Shown: positions 57,962 to 64,000 of the stretch, piece after piece
Numbering within the stretch: the first letter of the stretch is position 1
How the letters are laid out: the number at the start of each line of letters is the position of its first letter
Source: Octopus vulgaris
Lineage: Eukaryota
Direction: 5' to 3'
Assembly (NCBI GenBank): GCA_951406725.2
Contig: OX597838.1
Location: 1,736,001-1,800,000, forward strand
DNA length: 64,000 nucleotides
Position numbers and translations under genes: made by a program
The notes under the pieces: generated by a model
Told to the model about the DNA's origin: nothing
Database searches by the model: none
Seen by the model: only the letters and a program-made list of their open reading frames with translations

Positions 57962-58449
57962 GTAGGCAACACAGCGGCAGCATCTCGTGGGACACGAACC
58001 TGCGTCAGGCTAGATACTACCCACCTGCGCTTTGTTTAACTTTTTTCTTTTTTTTTCTTTGCTTTTTGTTTTCATAGTCCCGGGATATCAAGTTTTCAAG
58101 ATTCGAACTCTTTCCTCCTTTGTTGAATGTAGTAAAACAGAATAGATTGATCAATGCAGACGTCTTTGAGGAATGGTGAGGCGGGATTAGATAATCCGGA
58201 ATTATCCACCCTGGTTCCCCTCGAAAACCATAAGTAATGGTCGTGTTCCTACGACCGTTGATCTCAGTTGGATTACACTTTAATTACATTATTATTATTA
58301 GTAGTATTAGTATTAGTATTTCTTTTTCCTCCCTTGTTTGAATTTCAAATTTAATTGGCAAAATTAATTTGCAATTGAAACAAGGCTGCCAGGCTTTCAT
58401 ATAATCAAATATATCATGTTACACACACACACACACACATATATATATA

Positions 58450-58483
<34 letters not shown>

Positions 58484-58589
58484 CGTATTTGTATGTGTAT
58501 ATATAAATATATACATATATATACATATAAATATATATTTATATATATATATATATGTATGTATATATACATATATATATTTAGGTATA

Positions 58590-58676
<87 letters not shown>

Positions 58677-58679
58677 ATG

Positions 58680-58739
<60 letters not shown>

Positions 58740-58992
58740 GGGAGTATAACTCCAAACTTACAGGGGAAAATTCAATTTAGTATTAAATCAAATTTCACAG
58801 TATAAATATATAAAATATTAGAGATAAAACCACCATTACGCAACTTAAATAGTGATAGGCATAGACCAATACATAAATAACAATATATATATATATAATT
58901 ATAATTTTAAAAAAATATATAACTTATAACTAGACCTCAAAAAGTATAAAATGAATAATAGATATATAATATAATAAGTATTATATAACGTT

Positions 58993-59640
58993 CGAACTCA
59001 GAACATAAAGACAGACGAAATACAGCTAAGCACTTTGCCCGGCGTGCTAACGTTTCTGCCAGCTCGTCGCCTTCCAGTCGTAGAAATAATGCCAAAGCAG
59101 ATATTGAGCGCGGTGGAGCCCTCTCAATCGTCGGTTCCTGTCGAACTGTACAGAATGGGAAACGTACAGGAAACGATGCTCATGATATATAAATACGCAT
59201 GCACCAACACACCAATTCCGGGAAAGGTTGTCTATGGAAGACCAGCCGTCACCCATGCGTACCACCAATGTTTTCCAAGGGGCCGATACGGCTTGGCACA
59301 CTGCAACTCATTTCTACAGCTGAGTGAACTGGAGCAACGTGAAATGAAGTGTCTTGCTCAAGAACACAACACACAGCCCGACTGTGAGCTGGACACTCTA
59401 AGCCATGCGCATTCATATATGTGAGGGCGCATGGCCTGGTGGTTAGGGAGTTGTACTCACGGCTGCGAGATCGTAGTTTCAATTCCTAGACCGGATGGTG
59501 TGCTGTATTCTTGAACAAGACACTTCATCTCACATCGCTCTGCGATCCCTTCCACACCTGACGTGGGGCACACCGTGGTACCAGTTCAGACGACATCGAT
59601 TTGATGGAGGGAGGGAGTTAATGTGCGGCACGAACATTTG

Positions 59641-59645
<5 letters not shown>
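58993..59645. mobile_element. SINE cluster: family B head (-), family C-like (-) and family C-like (+)
   Basis: 58993-59072 family B head; ~59300-59395 cagctgagtgaactggagcaacgtgaaatgaagtgtcttgctcaag; 59421-59645 gggcgcatggcctggtggttagg...gtttcaattcc...cttgaacaagacact. Confidence 0.75.
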
Positions 59646-59697
<52 letters not shown>

Positions 59698-60704
59698 CTT
59701 TTCCTAGTTTCAGTCATTAGACTGCGGCCATACTGGGGCACCGCCTTATATATTCTGCTTTTCAGAACAAAGCACGAGTGGGATGATCACAGCTGGAATA
59801 TCTCTGATCATATACCAGCGTTAGATCAGGAATAGGCTAGGGTTAAACGGCAACAATAGACAGTTTTTCACAAAAAAGCCATACATGTCCTCCACGTTCA
59901 ATCCCATCTTGTTCATCAGACTGAATGGAAAATAAAAACGAAACAAAAACAGTCCAAAAAATGTTTAAATTCCAATTCAATTAATTTATAAACATCTTCA
60001 TTTAATTAATTTGAGCATTTTTCGAAGCTCGCCCCTCAATCTACAACAACCCACTGACAAACTGAAAAATAGATTTGGGGCGAAAAATCTCGTCACTGCA
60101 ACATTTAACATCGAAGAAAGAGTTGCCTTTGAAGAAGACTTGATATATTTCTTGATCCCCCCCTCTCTCTCTCTCTCTCTCCTTTAGCCTGTTTCTTAAT
60201 CTCCCTCTTTGTCTCTCCCGCTTTTTTATCTCTCTTTCACTCCCATTTTCTGTCTCATTCTTTCTCTCGTTCTTCATTCTTTTCTATCATCATTATATCT
60301 TCCTTTATTTCGGTTTTTCTCCTTCTTTATCTCTTTCATTCTTTTCTCTATGCTTTTTTCTTTTGTTTCATTCATTAGCATTCTAATTCAGTTCCTTACT
60401 TTCTTTCTTTAATTTTGATATGAAATCTTATTAATCTAAAATTACTAACGCTTTCTCTCTCTCTCTCTCTGTCTATGTCTGTCTGTCTGTCGGCCAGTCT
60501 CTCTCTCTCACTCTACATTATACATATATAAGTATATATATATATCATCACTGTTCCTTTCGCTTTAACTACGTAGTTAACTGCTACATATATATATATA
60601 CGTTTCCAACGCCTCCTCATGTCTTTTTTTGTTGTTGTTGCTACTGCTGATGCTACTTCTACTACTACTCCTGCTGCTGCTGCTGTGTCTCCTCGTCCTC
60701 CTCT

Positions 60705-60771
<67 letters not shown>

Positions 60772-60829
60772 GTTTTAATTTTTAATTTTTAATCATTTCT
60801 CACACTGATACCAGGTTAGTGATTTTTTT

Positions 60830-61010
60830 CAAGGTATGAACAGTTGATTGAATAAGCTCCAGTACATGACTGGTACTTGATTTTTATCGAACTAGGAAGA
60901 CTGAAAGGTAAGATTGACCTCGTCGGTATTTGAACCCTGCACGTCTAGAAGACACGAAATAATTATCCGCCTCGATTCCGCCTCGATTCTTTTGACTGAT
61001 TCTGCTAATT
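60830..61010 (-). mobile_element. Degenerate SINE family B
   Basis: actggtactt...tttatcga...gaaaggtaaagattgacctcgtcggtatttgaac...gattctgc. Further decayed copies near 19850, 40835-41010, 42380-42535 and 43520-43660. Confidence 0.65.
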
Positions 61011-62170
61011 TCATTTCCATCGGATTGTGAGTTTCATCCAGATACACAGAACAGTGATACGAAGGGTTTACGAAGCACAAAGTGGGATATAATGTTAGGT
61101 CAAATTGAGGGGAGGGGCAAAGCTATTTTATCATGTATTGAGACGAATGTTGAGTCAGAGAAACCCGAGATTCTGTAGGCCACCACATCGAGTCTCTGCT
61201 ATATCTAAAGGCGTCCTTAGACATTTTATTCTAGTCTCCGATCTATGTCGCATCTCACCCGAGCAACAGTTTTTAGTCAAAGTGGTGATGGCCTTGTTGT
61301 GGATTCTATCAATATTTCATTGTCGGAATCTACGTTGAACAACATTAATCCGCTTCACTTTTCTACCGTTTGCTCATCGTCTAATACTCGAGTCATTTAT
61401 TGTCACTATGTTGCTGTAGCTGGTACTTCCATCGACTTTCAAACTTACAATTTCTGGAGCGGCGCAGCTCCTTCTTGCACCTTCATTCATTCACATTTCC
61501 TTCTCACTTTTCCTTGGTTTACTCTTTACGTTTTGGGTAGGGAGAGGAGTGGGGTGGTATTTTGAATTTGTTTTCGCTTTTGTCACCGTTTTCTGTAGAT
61601 TGACATTAATTCTATTCATGCCTCATCGTGGCAAGAAGATGGGGGGGGGGTAAGGTTGGTTATGAGCAGGGAAGAGAGTCCCAGTTTGTCTATTTGGAGG
61701 ATGGAGGAGGAGGAGGCAATCTCCGCCACAATTTTCTGGGGTTTCAACCGGCGATGATTTGAGAGAAGCAGTTTTTGCGACCTACTATTTTTATTGTTAT
61801 TAATGCTCTTTTCTTTCCCAAATAACCCTCTTGACACACGTGCTCCAGCTGGGATCTACCCTGCATCACTAATCTTATTGCTTTTCTCTCCGCAGCCATG
61901 ACTGTCACTCTTTAGTCTTTAGGATCTTCATGTCCAGGAATCTTTCCATGAGAAGGTCTAAGGAGACACTGAGGGAACAAGGCCCCACATCCTGTCAATA
62001 GTTCATATAGAACACTATAAAAAACTCACAGCAATTATTATTGATGTCCATTCTGTTCTCTGTTCTTATAAAAGGCTGTCAGCTAAAAGCAGAGACTGAT
62101 TCTAGCTGCACAGGATCAATACTTACTCAGAACAAAATAATGAAAAAAGAGGCTAACAATAAGTGCAGAC

Positions 62171-62224
<54 letters not shown>

Positions 62225-62789
62225 CATTATTTGGACAAGGACAATAGTTTTAGAGCTGTTTCAGCAACTATATATAGACCAAATCAGAAACCAACATCTT
62301 AACAATACGCTAATGGAAATTATTTTCTCTTTTAGCTCTGACTTTATACTTTTTTAGTCCAATAACTTTTTTTTTCTATAAAATATACGGTTTTAAAGTA
62401 ATTCTGCTTTTTTGGATACTTTATTTCATGTCGAAACAACACTTTCAAGAAAGAAATCTGATTATAATTATTTTATTTCCAAGAACACAAAATTTCCAGA
62501 TATACACCATTAAAATATGATTATTTGACATAAATATTGTAGCTTAGATTTGATGGTAGCTATCTTAGATCTGATGTTGCGTACATCTGCGTACATATGA
62601 TATATCTTAGATTTGATGGTAGCTATCTTAGGTAAACAGCATCGTATTATTGTTGCTGTCCACCATTCACCTTCTTTTCTGTCAAAAAGCTGTTCGCTTC
62701 CGGCCAAATTCTCAGCTGTTAAGCTTCGAACAAACCAGCATATCATAAAGTGACGAGGACTTTGCAATTCAGCGCCACTTGTGAAAGTG

Positions 62790-62935
62790 CGTGGCTGTGT
62801 GGTAAGAAGCTTGCTTGTCAACCACATGGTTCCAGGTTCAGTCCCACTGCGTGGCACCTTGGGCAAGTGTCTTCTAGCCTCGGACCGACTTCTGAGTTGA
62901 TTTGGTAGACGGAAACTGGAAGAAACCCGTCGTAT
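62790..62935 (+). mobile_element. SINE family A, head only
   Basis: gtggctgtgtggtaagaagcttgc...ccttgggcaagtgtcttcta...gaagaaacccgtcgtat. Confidence 0.85.
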
Positions 62936-62984
62936 GTATATATATATGTATGTATGTATGCATGTATGTATGTATGTATGTATG

Positions 62985-63046
<62 letters not shown>

Positions 63047-63229
63047 TGTGTGTGTATACATATATATATGTATCGATGTGTAAGGCTATGGTGGCAGATA
63101 TATTACGGGTGGAAACAAAAGAGTTCGTTAAGTGCAGATATCTACGCCCAGTGAATTTCTACTCAAACACCGATGATATATGTGCATGGATTTGTATATA
63201 TCATTTCTATAAAAACTTTTATCGCAATG

Positions 63230-63510
63230 AGACAGAACAACATCGGAGCCATTTGATCGACGGTGACACGTTTATTTGCTCTGTTGTATGTGGAGAGAAA
63301 GAATCTGACAGGCTGAGTGAAAGGGGACTAGAAGTGTGAAAGGGCCAACTCAAGGCAACACTGAAAGCCACTGGAATTGAGCGTAAATCGCTTGAAAGCC
63401 CGAGTCTGCACCAAGTGGTGGTGTTCCATCAGCATCGGAACCAAAAACTTTGAAGGCACCAAAAGTGAAAAGGAAGAAATCAAACGGCAGAAATGAAAGG
63501 CTCGGAAGGC
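63230..63510 (+). mobile_element. RTE LINE C-terminal remnant
   Basis: KGQLKATLKATGIERKSLE and ISIGTKNFE...KRQK*KAR match the post-RT region of RTE ORFs; stops and frameshifts present. Confidence 0.6.
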
Positions 63511-64000
63511 TTCTATGCAAGAACTGGTCAACAGAGTCATCAACAGCATCACCATAAAGGAAGCATTAAGCAAAGAGGAAAATAAATATCCGATTACGAA
63601 ATGAAGCCGACGGCGACGACGACGGTGATGATGAATGATTTTGCTCCGAAACGTCATTTTGCCATTTACCACTCTAACATATTTTTACGTATCAACTCTG
63701 CAAATATTGATTGTAAATATTGTGATTGTAGACCTAACCAGGATATATTGATCTCTGATGACAGCAGCAATAAAGTCAAACATAGAGCAGACATTGTTGT
63801 TATTAAAACGGAAGTTATTTCTATTACATTTATATCAGACTCCATAAAACAGTAGCAAACACAACTACCCTTGGTGTGGTCAATACTATGACATTAACTA
63901 TAGCAGACGTACACGTAATACGGTATATAGCACGGCGTTACCTGTAGTGTACACTAGCCCAATTAATATGACCTACACGATGACATTAATTAATAAAGAC

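Noticed and set aside
57842-58039. 65 aa ORF MYFLPGRSG...
   Set aside because: Different frame from the spliced exon C reading.
63230-63600. Next exon of the channel gene
   Set aside because: Contains stops and frameshifts and matches an RTE C-terminus.

Overview
Eukaryotic, AT-rich, extremely microsatellite-dense DNA. The SINE families, (TA)n/(CATA)n/(AAT)n load and very large introns look like an octopus (coleoid cephalopod) genome; this is an inference and no database search was run. Almost all listed ORFs are simple-repeat artefacts. The only host-gene signal is three short + strand exons (12648-12734, 44155-44251, 57858-57961). They splice in frame to the C-terminal part of a cyclic-nucleotide-binding domain of a CNG-like channel resembling Drosophila Cngl, with introns of 31.4 kb and 13.6 kb. 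The introns hold many tRNA-derived SINE copies, a non-autonomous Helitron, mariner and Tc1 remnants, RTE LINE 3' ends carrying C2H2 zinc fingers, several MITE-like inverted repeats and a 5'-truncated Penelope-like (RT-GIY-YIG) element with inverted pseudo-LTRs. The most notable pattern is a set of unrelated Penelope-type ends inserted in (TA)n tracts. They repeatedly form outward-facing inverted pairs and carry minimal, non-canonical type I hammerhead-ribozyme motifs.
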